A stretch of DNA of 64,000 nucleotides from Congzhengia sp. Its GTDB lineage: Bacteria; Bacillota; Clostridia; UBA1381; UBA9506. The stretch is taken from positions 1-64,000 of the forward strand of contig JAZNGT010000038.1 of NCBI GenBank assembly GCA_045576635.1, in the 5' to 3' direction. This document shows positions 28,127-38,343 of the stretch, piece by piece. Below the pieces are notes generated by a model. It was not told the DNA's origin. It did not search any database and saw nothing but the letters and a program-made list of their open reading frames with translations. The position numbers and the translations under genes are program-made. Within the stretch, counting starts at the first letter, position 1. Each line of letters begins with the position of its first letter.

Positions 28127-29225
28127 TAGCAGTCCGGTATACAGTGAAGTTACGTTAAAGCAGGCGCTTCGCACGCTTTACCGCGGCTTTGGTTATACCC
28201 GGTTTAAAATGAGTAAATTTGAAGAATATGATACATACGCAAAGGTAAAGGACTTTTTAATCAGCGACAAAGTGATTACCTTTACCGATACCAACGGAAA
28301 ACTTCTTGCCATGAAGCCCGATGTTACGGTGTCGATTATTAAAAATTTAGGCGACACCAAAGACGGCGTAAGCAAGGTGTATTATAACGAAAATGTGTAC
28401 CGTGTTGCGCCCGGAACAACGGCGTTTCGCGAAATTATGCAGGCAGGCTTAGAGTGCATCGGCGATGTGGACACCTACCAGATTGCAGAGGTTGTTTTGC
28501 TTGCGGTAAAGAGTCTTTCGCTCATAAGTGACAGTTTCGTTTTAAATCTTTCGCACATGGGTTTTGTGTCCGGCATGTTAGACGCATTGGGACTTGACGG
28601 CGAGGAAAAGAAAAAGGCGCTTCGTGCGGTCGGCGAAAAGAATATGCCGGCGCTTTTATCGCTTTGCACTGAGAATGGTTTTTCAAAAGAAAAAACCGAT
28701 TGCGTAACATCATTGATCGGTCTTTTCGGCCCTATAAAAGATGTGGCAGAAAAACTTTCGGCTCTTTGTCAAAACGAAGAAATGGAACGCGCAAACAAGA
28801 CCATTTGTGCCATTTGCGATGCGCTTTTAGCGTGCGGAAAAGAGCGTTACGTAAACCTTGACTTTTCTGTTGTAAACGATATGAATTATTATAACGGTAT
28901 TGTGTTTACAGGCTACGTAGAGGGCGTTCCTGCCGGCGTTTTAAGTGGCGGTCAGTACGACAAACTCATGCAAAAAATGGGAAAACCCGCAAAAGCCATC
29001 GGCTTTGCGGTGTATTTGGACCAGTTAGAGTCCTTAAAAGAGCAAGAGGGCGGTTTTGATGCGGATGTTTTAATCGTTTATGACGAAACCGTGCCGTCCA
29101 AAGATGTGCTTTTAAAAGCAGAACAACTTTCAGAAGAAGGAAAAACTGTTTTTGTAAGCAAGGGAACAGAAAACGGCGTGCGCGCACGCGAAGTAATCAC
29201 ACTTTCAAACGGAGGGGTAAGGTAA
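28116..29225 (+). CDS. hisZ: ATP phosphoribosyltransferase regulatory subunit HisZ
   Basis: HisRS-like fold without an anticodon domain. First gene of the his cluster, followed by a short-form hisG. Confidence 0.75.
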   Translation: MQNNSSPVYSEVTLKQALRTLYRGFGYTRFKMSKFEEYDTYAKVKDFLISDKVITFTDTNGKLLAMKPDVTVSIIKNLGDTKDGVSKVYYNENVYRVAPGTTAFREIMQAGLECIGDVDTYQIAEVVLLAVKSLSLISDSFVLNLSHMGFVSGMLDALGLDGEEKKKALRAVGEKNMPALLSLCTENGFSKEKTDCVTSLIGLFGPIKDVAEKLSALCQNEEMERANKTICAICDALLACGKERYVNLDFSVVNDMNYYNGIVFTGYVEGVPAGVLSGGQYDKLMQKMGKPAKAIGFAVYLDQLESLKEQEGGFDADVLIVYDETVPSKDVLLKAEQLSEEGKTVFVSKGTENGVRAREVITLSNGGVR

Positions 29226-29863
29226 TGAAAACAGTAAATATAGCCCTTCCGAAAGGAAGACTTGGCGAAAAGGTCCTTAATATGATTCGTGAAGCGGGTT
29301 TTTCCTGCCCCGAGGCAAAAGAAAACGACAGACGCCTTATTTTTGAAAGTCCCGAATCCAGCATCCGCTATTTTTGGGTAAAGCCTACGGATGTTGCAAT
29401 TTACGTTGCACGTGGCGCCGCAGATATCGGTATTGCAGGAAAAGACATTTTACTTGAATACCAGCCGGATGTTTACGAACTTTTGGATTTACATATCGGT
29501 ACATGCCGTATGGCAGTAGCCGCGAAAAAAGGCTTTCGCGACCGGACGGAAAAAACACTTCGCGTTGCGACAAAATTTCCCAACATCGCAAGGGAATATT
29601 ACGAGAACAAAGGACGCGACATTGATATTATTAAATTAAACGGCTCGATTGAACTTGCGCCGATTTTGGATTTATCCGACGTAATTGTCGATATTGTAGA
29701 GACCGGCATTACCTTAAAGGAAAACGATTTAGAGCCGATTGAGACGGTAGTTCCCATCTCGGCGCGTCTTGTCTCAAATAAGGCAAGTTTTCAGTTTAAA
29801 AACGAAAGCATTACAAAAATCATGAACGCACTCAAAAAAGCGTGCGAAGAATCGGGGGAATAA
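29225..29863 (+). CDS. hisG: ATP phosphoribosyltransferase (short form)
   Basis: IALPKGRL N-terminus. 212 aa. Confidence 0.85.
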   Translation: MKTVNIALPKGRLGEKVLNMIREAGFSCPEAKENDRRLIFESPESSIRYFWVKPTDVAIYVARGAADIGIAGKDILLEYQPDVYELLDLHIGTCRMAVAAKKGFRDRTEKTLRVATKFPNIAREYYENKGRDIDIIKLNGSIELAPILDLSDVIVDIVETGITLKENDLEPIETVVPISARLVSNKASFQFKNESITKIMNALKKACEESGE

Positions 29864-29864
29864 C

Positions 29865-31136
29865 ATGATTTCCATTTTAAACTATAACGATATTACAAAA
29901 GATGAAATTTTTGCGCGCGAGGAAGACAAAGTAGATGTCTCCGGCGTTGTAACAGAAATCATAGAAACGGTAAAAAAAGAGGGAGACCGTGCGCTTTATG
30001 CTTACTCAGAAAAGTTTGACCGCGCAAGTCTTACTTCTTTGGAAGTTACAAAAGAAGAAATTGACGAAGCCTTTCGTAGCATGGACGCCGAATTTATTGC
30101 CATTTTAGAAGAGGCAAAAGAAAATATCCGGACGTTTCATTCCCGTCAGGTAAGAAACAGTTTTGTGATCAACGAAAAAGACGGCATCGTAACAGGACAA
30201 AAGATAATTCCGATAGAAAAAGTGGGACTTTACGTGCCCGGAGGCACAGCGGCGTATCCGTCTTCTGTATTGATGAACGCCATTCCTGCTAAAATTGCAG
30301 GCGTTTCAGAAATTGTGATGGTAACACCTGCAACCGGCGGAACGGTAAATCCTGCGATTTTGGCGGCGGCAAAAGTTGCGGGTGTGGACCGCATTTTTAA
30401 AATTGGCGGTGCGCAGGCAGTTGCAGCGCTTGCATACGGCACCGAAAGCGTTCCGAAAGTGGACAAAATTGTAGGCCCCGGAAACGCGTACGTGGCAGAG
30501 GCAAAGCGTCAGGTGTTCGGAAAAGTTGCAATTGATATGATTGCAGGCCCGAGCGAAATTTTAGTCATTGCAGACAAAGACAGTAACGCAAAACACGTTG
30601 CAGCAGACCTCTTGTCGCAGGCAGAGCACGACAAAAACGCAAGCGCTGTTTTGATTTGTGACAGCGAAGACCTTGCAAAAGGCGTGCAGCAAGAAATTGA
30701 AAATCAACTTGTAACACTTCCACGAGAAGAAATTGCGCGCGCATCGATTGACAAAAACGGAAAAATCATTGTGACAGAAGACCTTTCTTCTGCTATTTCG
30801 GTGGCAAATGAGATTGCACCCGAGCATTTGGAACTTTGCGTTTCAAACCCCTTTGATTATTTAGACAAAATCAAACACGCCGGCTCGATTTTTATGGGAA
30901 GGTACTGCCCCGAGGCATTGGGCGACTATTTTTCCGGCGCAAACCACACGCTTCCCACAAGCGGTACGGCGCGGTTTTCAAGTCCTTTGTCGGTAGACGA
31001 TTTTGTGAAAAAATCGCAGTACACCTACTACACGGAAGACGCGTTTTTGCGCGTTGCAGATAAAATCGCCTGCTTTGCAGAGCGCGAGGGACTTTCCGCG
31101 CACGCAAGGAGCGCAACAGTGCGAAAAGAAAGGTAA
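29865..31136 (+). CDS. hisD: histidinol dehydrogenase
   Basis: SQAEHD motif. 423 aa. Confidence 0.85.
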   Translation: MISILNYNDITKDEIFAREEDKVDVSGVVTEIIETVKKEGDRALYAYSEKFDRASLTSLEVTKEEIDEAFRSMDAEFIAILEEAKENIRTFHSRQVRNSFVINEKDGIVTGQKIIPIEKVGLYVPGGTAAYPSSVLMNAIPAKIAGVSEIVMVTPATGGTVNPAILAAAKVAGVDRIFKIGGAQAVAALAYGTESVPKVDKIVGPGNAYVAEAKRQVFGKVAIDMIAGPSEILVIADKDSNAKHVAADLLSQAEHDKNASAVLICDSEDLAKGVQQEIENQLVTLPREEIARASIDKNGKIIVTEDLSSAISVANEIAPEHLELCVSNPFDYLDKIKHAGSIFMGRYCPEALGDYFSGANHTLPTSGTARFSSPLSVDDFVKKSQYTYYTEDAFLRVADKIACFAEREGLSAHARSATVRKER

Positions 31137-31146
31137 GGAGGGCGCC

Positions 31147-32205
31147 ATGAGTAAATTTTTTAACACAAGGCTTTCTGCCCTTGCCCCCTATGTCCCCGGC
31201 GAGCAGCCAAAGGATATGGCGTATATTAAATTAAATACCAACGAATCGCCGTATCCGCCGTCGGAGAACGTCATTGCGGCAGTAAACCAAACGGAAACAG
31301 AACATTTAAGGTTGTATCCCGACCCTACGTGCAGTGCGCTGAAAGATGCGCTGGCGAAACAGTATGACGTAAAACGTGAAAACGTGTTTGTTTCCAACGG
31401 TTCTGACGATATTTTAAACTTTGCGTTTTTGGCATTTGGAGAAAAAGGAGTCGTGTTTCCCGACATAAGTTACGGATTTTACAAGGTGTTTGCAGCACTT
31501 CACGGATTATCATTTGAAACCGTGCCGCTAAAAGAAGATTTTTCCATAAATCCCGAAGATTATTTTCACGCGAAAAAACTTGTAGTCATTGCAAATCCCA
31601 ACGCACCGACGGGACTTTTGCTTTCGCTTTCGGACATCGAACGCATTGTACAAGAAAACAAAGACGCTGTTGTGGTAATTGACGAGGCGTACATAGATTT
31701 TGGCGGAGAAAGTGCGGCGTGCCTTACCAAACAGTACGAAAATCTTTTGGTGGTAGGTACGTTTTCAAAGTCGAGAAGTCTTGCCGGCGCAAGACTCGGC
31801 TTTGCGGTGGGAAATAGGGCGCTTATAGGAGACCTTGAAACTATAAAATTTTCGACCAATCCATATAGCATTAACAGATTGTCACTTGTTGCAGGGGTTA
31901 AAGCGATAGAGTCAAAGGCGTATTACGACGCAAACTGCGAAGAAATTATAAAAACGCGCGAGTTTACAAAAGAAGCACTTAAAAACATGGGCTTTACCGT
32001 TACCGATTCTTACGCAAACTTTGTGTTTGCCAAAAAAGAGGGCGTATCGGGAGAAGAGATTTACCAGTATCTTCGCAAAAACGGCGTTTTGGTGCGTCAT
32101 TTTAACGACGAAAAAATAAAAGACTATAACCGCATTACCATCGGAACAAAACGTGAGATGGAGACGCTGATTTCTGTTTTACAGAAGATGGAAAAGGAGG
32201 CATAA
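31147..32205 (+). CDS. hisC: histidinol-phosphate aminotransferase
   Basis: PLP-lysine motif FSKSRSLAGARLG. Internal start MSKFFNT. Confidence 0.8.
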   Translation: MSKFFNTRLSALAPYVPGEQPKDMAYIKLNTNESPYPPSENVIAAVNQTETEHLRLYPDPTCSALKDALAKQYDVKRENVFVSNGSDDILNFAFLAFGEKGVVFPDISYGFYKVFAALHGLSFETVPLKEDFSINPEDYFHAKKLVVIANPNAPTGLLLSLSDIERIVQENKDAVVVIDEAYIDFGGESAACLTKQYENLLVVGTFSKSRSLAGARLGFAVGNRALIGDLETIKFSTNPYSINRLSLVAGVKAIESKAYYDANCEEIIKTREFTKEALKNMGFTVTDSYANFVFAKKEGVSGEEIYQYLRKNGVLVRHFNDEKIKDYNRITIGTKREMETLISVLQKMEKEA

Positions 32206-32208
32206 ACC

Positions 32209-32799
32209 ATGCGAATTGGAAATATTACCAGGAAAACAAACGAGACAGACATTGAACTTTCTATCAATTTAGACGGCACCGGAAACAGTGATATCGTGAC
32301 CGGCTGCGGCTTTTTGGATCATTGTCTGACGCTCTTTGCAAAGCACGGCGGGTTTGACTTAGCGCTTTCCTGCAAGGGCGATAAAGAAGTTGATTTTCAT
32401 CATACGACAGAAGATGTCGGCATTTGTTTGGGCAAAGCGTTTTCAGAGGCGCTTGGCGAAATGCGCGGTATTGTGCGCTACGGAGACATTACACTTCCTA
32501 TGGACGAAGCCTTGATTTTAGCAGCAACAGACGTTTCGGGAAGAGGCGTTTTGTGCTACGACCTTACCATTCCGACAGAAAAAGTAGGCGAGTTTGACAC
32601 AGAACTTGTCGAAGAATTTTTCTTAGGATTTGTAAGAAACGCAAATATTACGCTGCATATCAAAAAACTCGACGGCAAAAATTCGCACCACATCATAGAG
32701 GGCGCGTTTAAAGCCTTGGCACGCGCGCTTAAAACAGCGGTGGCAATTGATGATGCCCGAAAAGACCAAATCCCGTCAACCAAAGGAGTTCTGATTTAA
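32209..32799 (+). CDS. hisB: imidazoleglycerol-phosphate dehydratase
   Basis: RKTNETDIEL..GCGFLDHCL motifs. Confidence 0.85.
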   Translation: MRIGNITRKTNETDIELSINLDGTGNSDIVTGCGFLDHCLTLFAKHGGFDLALSCKGDKEVDFHHTTEDVGICLGKAFSEALGEMRGIVRYGDITLPMDEALILAATDVSGRGVLCYDLTIPTEKVGEFDTELVEEFFLGFVRNANITLHIKKLDGKNSHHIIEGAFKALARALKTAVAIDDARKDQIPSTKGVLI

Positions 32800-33423
32800 A
32801 TGATTGCAATCATTGATTACGGTGTCGGCAATTTGTATTCTCTCAAAAGTTCGCTCGATGCCATCGGCGCGTCCGTTACCGTAACACGCGACGAAAACGT
32901 GATTCAAAATAGTGAAAAAATTATTTTGCCCGGCGTTGGTGCGTTTTCCGATGCGGCAAAAAGTCTTAAAAAATATGGCATGGATGCGCTTTTAAAAGAA
33001 GAGGCACAAAAGGGAAAACCCATTTTGGGTATTTGCCTTGGTATGCAGATGCTTTTCCAAAAAAGTTTTGAGTACGGCGAGCACGAAGGACTCGGGCTTA
33101 TCTCGGGCAACGTGCGTCCTATAAAAGGTGTCATTCCTGCGGAGTTTAAAATTCCGCACATTGGCTGGAATGCGCTCACCTTTCCGAAAGATAAGGAAAA
33201 AAGCAAACTTTTCCGTTATGTAGAAGAGGGCGAGCACGTGTATTTTGTGCATTCTTTTTACTGCGCAGACTGTGCGCCTTTTGTGACCGCAACCGCGGAA
33301 TACGGCGCACCGCTTACTGCATCGGCAGAAAACGGGCTTGTTTTTGGTTGTCAGTTCCATCCGGAAAAAAGCGGCCGCGTAGGACTTAACATTTTACGGG
33401 CATTTGACGAACTGAAAGCGTAA
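32800..33423 (+). CDS. hisH: imidazole glycerol phosphate synthase, glutamine amidotransferase subunit
   Basis: IAIIDYGVGNL, catalytic GICLGMQ. Confidence 0.85.
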   Translation: MIAIIDYGVGNLYSLKSSLDAIGASVTVTRDENVIQNSEKIILPGVGAFSDAAKSLKKYGMDALLKEEAQKGKPILGICLGMQMLFQKSFEYGEHEGLGLISGNVRPIKGVIPAEFKIPHIGWNALTFPKDKEKSKLFRYVEEGEHVYFVHSFYCADCAPFVTATAEYGAPLTASAENGLVFGCQFHPEKSGRVGLNILRAFDELKA

Positions 33424-33437
33424 AAAGGAGGAGCAGT

Positions 33438-34166
33438 ATGGTTATTTTGCCTGCGATTGATTTGTTTTCCGGCGAAGCGGTACGGCTTTTGCACGGAGAT
33501 TATAATAAAATGACGGTTTACGAAAAAGAACCGGAGCATATTGCAGAAAAGTTTTATAAAGACGGCGCGCGCTACATTCATATTGTTGATTTAGAGGGCG
33601 CAAAAAGCGGCGATACGCCAAATCTTGAAACGGTAAAACGCATTGTAAAAGCCGCGCCGTTATCAGCAGAAATCGGCGGCGGAATCCGCTCGGTTTCGGT
33701 CATTGACACGTACGTAAATGCAGGAGTTGACCGCGTGATTTTAGGTACGGCAGCAGTGACAGACCGCGCGTTTTTAAAAGAGGCAGTGAAAAACTTTGAA
33801 GATAAAATAGCGGTTGGCGTTGATATTAAAGACGGCCATGTTGCCATTCACGGCTGGACAGAAAAGTCAGCCTTTCCGTATCTTGACTTTTGCAAAGAAA
33901 TGGAAGATTTGGGCATAAAAACCTTAATTTGTACCGACATTTCAAAAGACGGCGCAATGAATGGAACAAATCTTGACTTATACAGAGAATTAAGCCAAAA
34001 GGTTTCGATGCATATTATTGCATCCGGCGGCGTTTCGTCGCTTTCGGATGTTGAGGCACTTTCCGATATCGGCGTTTTTGGTGCGATTATCGGAAAGGCT
34101 TATTACACCGGCGCAGTTTCGATTGCGGACGCTGTCCGTGTGGCAGAGAAAGGCGGCACAAAATGA
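33438..34166 (+). CDS. hisA: ProFAR isomerase
   Basis: ILPAIDL..G..VRL (beta/alpha)8 barrel. Paralog of hisF. Confidence 0.85.
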   Translation: MVILPAIDLFSGEAVRLLHGDYNKMTVYEKEPEHIAEKFYKDGARYIHIVDLEGAKSGDTPNLETVKRIVKAAPLSAEIGGGIRSVSVIDTYVNAGVDRVILGTAAVTDRAFLKEAVKNFEDKIAVGVDIKDGHVAIHGWTEKSAFPYLDFCKEMEDLGIKTLICTDISKDGAMNGTNLDLYRELSQKVSMHIIASGGVSSLSDVEALSDIGVFGAIIGKAYYTGAVSIADAVRVAEKGGTK

Positions 34167-34921
34167 TTACAAAACGAATTATTCCCTGTCTTGACGTAAA
34201 AGACGGAAGAGTCGTAAAAGGTGTAAACTTTGAAGGACTTTCAGACGTATCTTCGCCCGTAGAACTCGGAAAGTATTACAGCGACAACGGTGCAGACGAA
34301 CTTGTGTTTTACGATATTACCGCATCGGTTGAAAAAAGGGCTTTGTTTACTGATATTTTAAAAGAAGTGGCGTCCACCATTTTTATTCCCCTTACCGTAG
34401 GCGGCGGCATCAATACGCTCGAAGATTTTGACCGCGTGTTAAAGTGCGGCGCAGATAAGGTGAGTGTAAATTCAGGCGCCATCCGAAATCCAAAACTCAT
34501 TGAAGAAGCCGCAAAACGCTACGGCGACCAGTGCGTTGTATTGAGTGTTGACGTAAAAAGGGTAGACGGCGTGTTCCGCGTGTTTGCAAAAGGAGGACGC
34601 GAAAACACCGGCATGGAAGCGCTTTCGTGGATTAAGCAGGGCGTTGAGATGGGTGCCGGCGAGATTGTGGTAAACTCCATTGACACCGACGGCGTAAAGA
34701 GAGGGTTTGACTTACCCATGTTAAAAGCCGTGCTCGAAACGGTTAATGTTCCGGTCATTGCATCCGGCGGTGCAGGCAGTATTTCGGATTTTGTTACATT
34801 GTTTCAAGAACTTCCCACCATTGATGCAGGGCTTGCGGCATCGATTTTCCATTTTGGAGAAGTTGCGATTTCGGATTTAAAACAAACACTTGCCCAAAAA
34901 GGCATTACCGTGAGAATATAA
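34163..34921 (+). CDS. hisF: imidazole glycerol phosphate synthase cyclase subunit
   Basis: [17 protein letters not shown]-terminus. Confidence 0.85.
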   Translation: MITKRIIPCLDVKDGRVVKGVNFEGLSDVSSPVELGKYYSDNGADELVFYDITASVEKRALFTDILKEVASTIFIPLTVGGGINTLEDFDRVLKCGADKVSVNSGAIRNPKLIEEAAKRYGDQCVVLSVDVKRVDGVFRVFAKGGRENTGMEALSWIKQGVEMGAGEIVVNSIDTDGVKRGFDLPMLKAVLETVNVPVIASGGAGSISDFVTLFQELPTIDAGLAASIFHFGEVAISDLKQTLAQKGITVRI

Positions 34922-34935
34922 AGGGAGGCGCAATT

Positions 34936-35583
34936 ATGCTGAATATTGACGAACTAAAATTTGATGAAAAAGGGTTAATTCCTGCGATTGTGGTAGATGC
35001 AGAAACAAAAAAGGTGTTAACGCTTGCGTATATGAACAAAGAAAGTCTTACAATTTCAATGGAAGAGAAAAGAACCTGCTTTTTCAGCCGTTCCCGTAAC
35101 GAACTTTGGCGAAAGGGCGAAACCTCGGGTAACGTGCAGCACATTATAAGCATTACGGCAGACTGCGACAGAGATGCTTTGACTGTTCTGGTAAAAAAGG
35201 ACGGCCCTGCGTGTCATTTGGGGAACGATTCTTGTTTTTGCGATTCTGTGTATGAAAGCGATGTATTCAGTGCGTTTTCGCTGGAAAGTTTAATGGAACT
35301 GATAAAGGGGCGCAAAACCGAGCAAAAAGAGGGGTCATACACTACATACCTTTTCCAAAAGGGTATTGATAAAATCCTGAAAAAAGTGGGCGAGGAGTGC
35401 ACAGAAGTCATCATCGCCGGAAAAGCAAATGACAAAAAAGAGGCAATTTATGAAATTGCAGACCTTACGTATCACGTAATGGTTATGATGATTGAAATGG
35501 GAATTTCGCTTGAAGATATTCATAAAGAACTTGCATCCCGCCACGTAATAGATAAAAAAGTAAAACAAGAGAAAATGGTTTAA
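34936..35583 (+). CDS. hisI: bifunctional phosphoribosyl-AMP cyclohydrolase / phosphoribosyl-ATP pyrophosphatase
   Basis: HisI motif [18 protein letters not shown] plus a HisE-like C-terminus. Confidence 0.8.
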   Translation: MLNIDELKFDEKGLIPAIVVDAETKKVLTLAYMNKESLTISMEEKRTCFFSRSRNELWRKGETSGNVQHIISITADCDRDALTVLVKKDGPACHLGNDSCFCDSVYESDVFSAFSLESLMELIKGRKTEQKEGSYTTYLFQKGIDKILKKVGEECTEVIIAGKANDKKEAIYEIADLTYHVMVMMIEMGISLEDIHKELASRHVIDKKVKQEKMV

Positions 35584-35780
35584 GGGATGCAAAAAGACAG
35601 AAAAGAAAGGTTGATTATTCTGTCCTTTTGTTTCGGCAAAAGGACGAAAACCATTTTGCGCTTTCGGCGAAAGCGCATACGCCCAACGCACCTGTTTGGT
35701 ATTACTATTTTGTCCTATTAGGTTCATGTGCGATGGAAAGTTTATGGTACTTTTGGCATGACAAAAGTATGAATCAGCAC

Positions 35781-35813
35781 AAAAAAACCCGAGCATTTTG
35801 CTCGGGTTTTTTG
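35781..35813. terminator. bidirectional intrinsic terminator between his operon (+) and KH gene (-)
   Basis: AAAAAAA-CCCGAGC-ATTTT-GCTCGGG-TTTTTTG. Confidence 0.7.
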
Positions 35814-35836
35814 TTGATTTATGGAATGCTCTGTTA

Positions 35837-36064
35837 TTACACAATTTCTACCACAACGTGTTTGTTTTCACGGTTTGCAGCAGCCTTCATAACAGTACGG
35901 ATGGACTTTGCAATTCTGCCCTGTTTTCCGATGACTTTGCCCATGTCAGACTCTGCTACGCTGAGTTGTAATACAATGGACTGTTCGCCGTCAACCTGGT
36001 TTACAGAAACGCTTTCCGGTTCATCCACCAATGCTTTCGCAATGACTGATAACAATTCTTTCAT
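35837..36064 (-). CDS. KH-domain RNA-binding protein (YlqC-like)
   Basis: GKVIGKQGRIAKSIR KH motif. Downstream of rpsP. AAGGAG RBS before the MKELL start. Confidence 0.7.
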   Translation of the reverse strand: MKELLSVIAKALVDEPESVSVNQVDGEQSIVLQLSVAESDMGKVIGKQGRIAKSIRTVMKAAANRENKHVVVEIV

Positions 36065-36098
36065 TGTTTTCTCCTTCATAAATCCTTTCGGTCATCCA

Positions 36099-36344
36099 TT
36101 ATTCTGTGATGCCGCTCTTTTTCAAAAGTACCTTTACGGTATCTGTGGGCTGTGCGCCGTTTGCAATCCATTTCTTTGCTTTTTCAGCATCGATTTTGAT
36201 TTCAGCAGGCTCTGTTAAGGGATTGTATGTGCCGATTTCTTCGATGAATCTGCCATCTCTGGGATATCTGGAATCTGCAATTACAACTCTGTAAAACGGA
36301 GCTTTTTTTGCGCCCATTCTTCTTAATCTCATTTTTACTGCCAT
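36099..36344 (-). CDS. rpsP: 30S ribosomal protein S16
   Basis: [26 protein letters not shown]. Confidence 0.9.
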   Translation of the reverse strand: MAVKMRLRRMGAKKAPFYRVVIADSRYPRDGRFIEEIGTYNPLTEPAEIKIDAEKAKKWIANGAQPTDTVKVLLKKSGITE

Positions 36345-36392
36345 GTGGTTTCACCTCCCGAAGTTTTTGTTTATGTTAATGAAATAACAAAC

Positions 36393-37736
36393 CTATTTGC
36401 GTTTTTTCTTTTTCTTAAAGTGGCGCATTCCCATACCGCCTGAAAACTGTTTCATCATCTTCTGCATTTGCTCAAACTGTTTTAACAAAAGATTTACGTC
36501 AGAAACCTGCGTTCCGCTACCCATTGCAATTCGCTTTTTGCGGCTTGCGTTTAAAATTGCGGGGGTTTCGCGCTCTTTCATGGTCATAGACTTGATAATC
36601 GCTTCGACGCGGTCAAGTTTTTTCTCGTCTATGTCGCTTTCATTTATCGCTTTTGCGTCGATGCCGGGAATCATTGTCACGAGTTTTGACAAGGGCCCCA
36701 TTTTTTTCATTTGCTGCATCTGCGATAAAAAGTCATCTAAATTAAAGGTGTTTTGCCTGATTTTCTGCTCTAATTTTTCGGCGTCTTTTTCGTCGAACGC
36801 CTCCTGCGCTTTTTCGATTAAGGAAAGCACGTCGCCGCTGCCTAAAATTCTGGATGCCATACGGTCGGGGTGGAATTCTTCGATATCGGAAAGTTTTTCG
36901 CCGACGCCGGCAAACTTAATGGGTTTTCCCGTGACTGCCTTTACAGAAAGCGCAGCACCGCCACGCGTGTCGCCGTCTAACTTTGTCATAACAACGCCTG
37001 TGATTTCAAGGCGCGCGTTAAAACTTTCGGCAATGTTTACAGCGTCCTGACCGGTCATTGCGTCGATAACTAAAAGTATCTCGTCAGGCGAAACGGCAGA
37101 TTTGATGTCGGAAAGTTCCTGCATCAAATCGTCATCTACGTGAAGGCGACCTGCGGTATCTAAAATCACGAAATCGTTTCCGTGTTTTTTGGCGTGCAAA
37201 ATTGCCTCTTTTGCGATTGCAACTGCACTTTTATCTGTTCCCATTTCAAACACGGGGATATCAAGTTGTTTTCCTACTACCTGCAACTGTTTGATTGCGG
37301 CAGGACGGTAAATGTCACATGCAACGAGTAGCGGGCGTTTGTTGTGTTTTTTACGCATATAGCCTGCGAGTTTTGCACAAAACGTCGTTTTACCGGCACC
37401 TTGAAGACCTGCCATGAGGACTACGGTGGGAGTTCCTTTTCCGAATTCGAGTCTTGCGTTTTCGCTACCCATAAGCGCGCAAAGTTCGTCGTTTACAATT
37501 TTTACAATCTGCTGACCGGGGGTGAGGCTTTCTAATACGTCTGCCCCCTGCGCCCGCTCGGAAACGCTCGCTATAAAGTCTTTTACGACTTTGTAGTTTA
37601 CGTCCGCCTCGAGTAGTGCAAGTTTAATTTCGCGCATGGATTCTTTTAAATCTTTTTCCGTAACAACGCCGCGGCCTTTTAGTTTTTTTAAGGCAGCATT
37701 TAATTTTTCGGACAGATTTTCAAATGCCAAAATCAA
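36393..37736 (-). CDS. ffh: signal recognition particle protein Ffh
   Basis: NG domain with GLQGAGKTT and DTAGR, and an M-domain. 447 aa. Confidence 0.9.
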   Translation of the reverse strand: MILAFENLSEKLNAALKKLKGRGVVTEKDLKESMREIKLALLEADVNYKVVKDFIASVSERAQGADVLESLTPGQQIVKIVNDELCALMGSENARLEFGKGTPTVVLMAGLQGAGKTTFCAKLAGYMRKKHNKRPLLVACDIYRPAAIKQLQVVGKQLDIPVFEMGTDKSAVAIAKEAILHAKKHGNDFVILDTAGRLHVDDDLMQELSDIKSAVSPDEILLVIDAMTGQDAVNIAESFNARLEITGVVMTKLDGDTRGGAALSVKAVTGKPIKFAGVGEKLSDIEEFHPDRMASRILGSGDVLSLIEKAQEAFDEKDAEKLEQKIRQNTFNLDDFLSQMQQMKKMGPLSKLVTMIPGIDAKAINESDIDEKKLDRVEAIIKSMTMKERETPAILNASRKKRIAMGSGTQVSDVNLLLKQFEQMQKMMKQFSGGMGMRHFKKKKKRK

Positions 37737-37755
37737 GCACTCCTTTCGGCGAGAA

Positions 37756-38124
37756 TTATAATTTATCGGTAATGTTTAAAAGTGAATCCTCTACTTGCGA
37801 TAAGGTTTTTGCAAGTTCTTTTGTTTCGGGAAGGGTTAAAAGACCGTCTTTTACCTGCTTTACTTTTGTTTGTAAAGAAAGTACCTCGTCCTTTACATCG
37901 CGAAAGCGTTTGGCAAGGCCAAGCGTTTTTTCAAGTTCTAAAAGATTTTGCTCGCCGCGTTTGATAGAATCGAGCACGCCCTGACGGGAAATCCCCAAAG
38001 GCGCTGCGATTTCTGCCAGCGACAAGTCTTCGTTATAATAAAGGTCGAGCGCTTTTGCCTGCTTTTCGGTTAAAAGTTCGCCGTAAAAGTCAAACAGTAC
38101 GGCGATGGACAAATCCTTTCCCAT
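37756..38124 (-). CDS. ylxM: YlxM (UPF0122) putative DNA-binding protein
   Basis: Sigma-70 region-4-like HTH (LSLAEIAAPLGISRQGVLDSIKR) directly upstream of ffh. Confidence 0.7.
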   Translation of the reverse strand: MGKDLSIAVLFDFYGELLTEKQAKALDLYYNEDLSLAEIAAPLGISRQGVLDSIKRGEQNLLELEKTLGLAKRFRDVKDEVLSLQTKVKQVKDGLLTLPETKELAKTLSQVEDSLLNITDKL

Positions 38125-38263
38125 ATCAGTCCCTCCAAACAAAAGGGTGTAAAGTTTTAAACCTGAACACCTGTTTTATTTTACCCCAACCGATGCCGTT
38201 TGTCAAGTAAATTTTCAAAAAAATAGGAAAGTTTTTGTTTTTGCGCATTTTTATATGAATAAA

Positions 38264-38292
38264 TTGACAAATTTTTCGCCTTGTGCTATAAT
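38264..38292 (+). promoter_or_regulatory. sigma70-type promoter
   Basis: TTGACA - 17 nt - TATAAT upstream of the NifU-like/GGGtGRT pair. Confidence 0.55.
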
Positions 38293-38343
38293 TGTTTCGG
38301 TATGACAATTGTTAAAATATGTATTGAAAGGAGCAACTTTGTC

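Noticed and set aside
36397-37050. 217-aa ORF antisense to ffh, and similar antisense or overlapping ORFs in rnfD (42610..43461 -), aroB/aroA (49721..50494 -), spoIIE (59686..60270 +, 60576..60938 -) and others
   Set aside because: They overlap well-supported conserved genes on the opposite strand or in another frame, and they have no homology signals.
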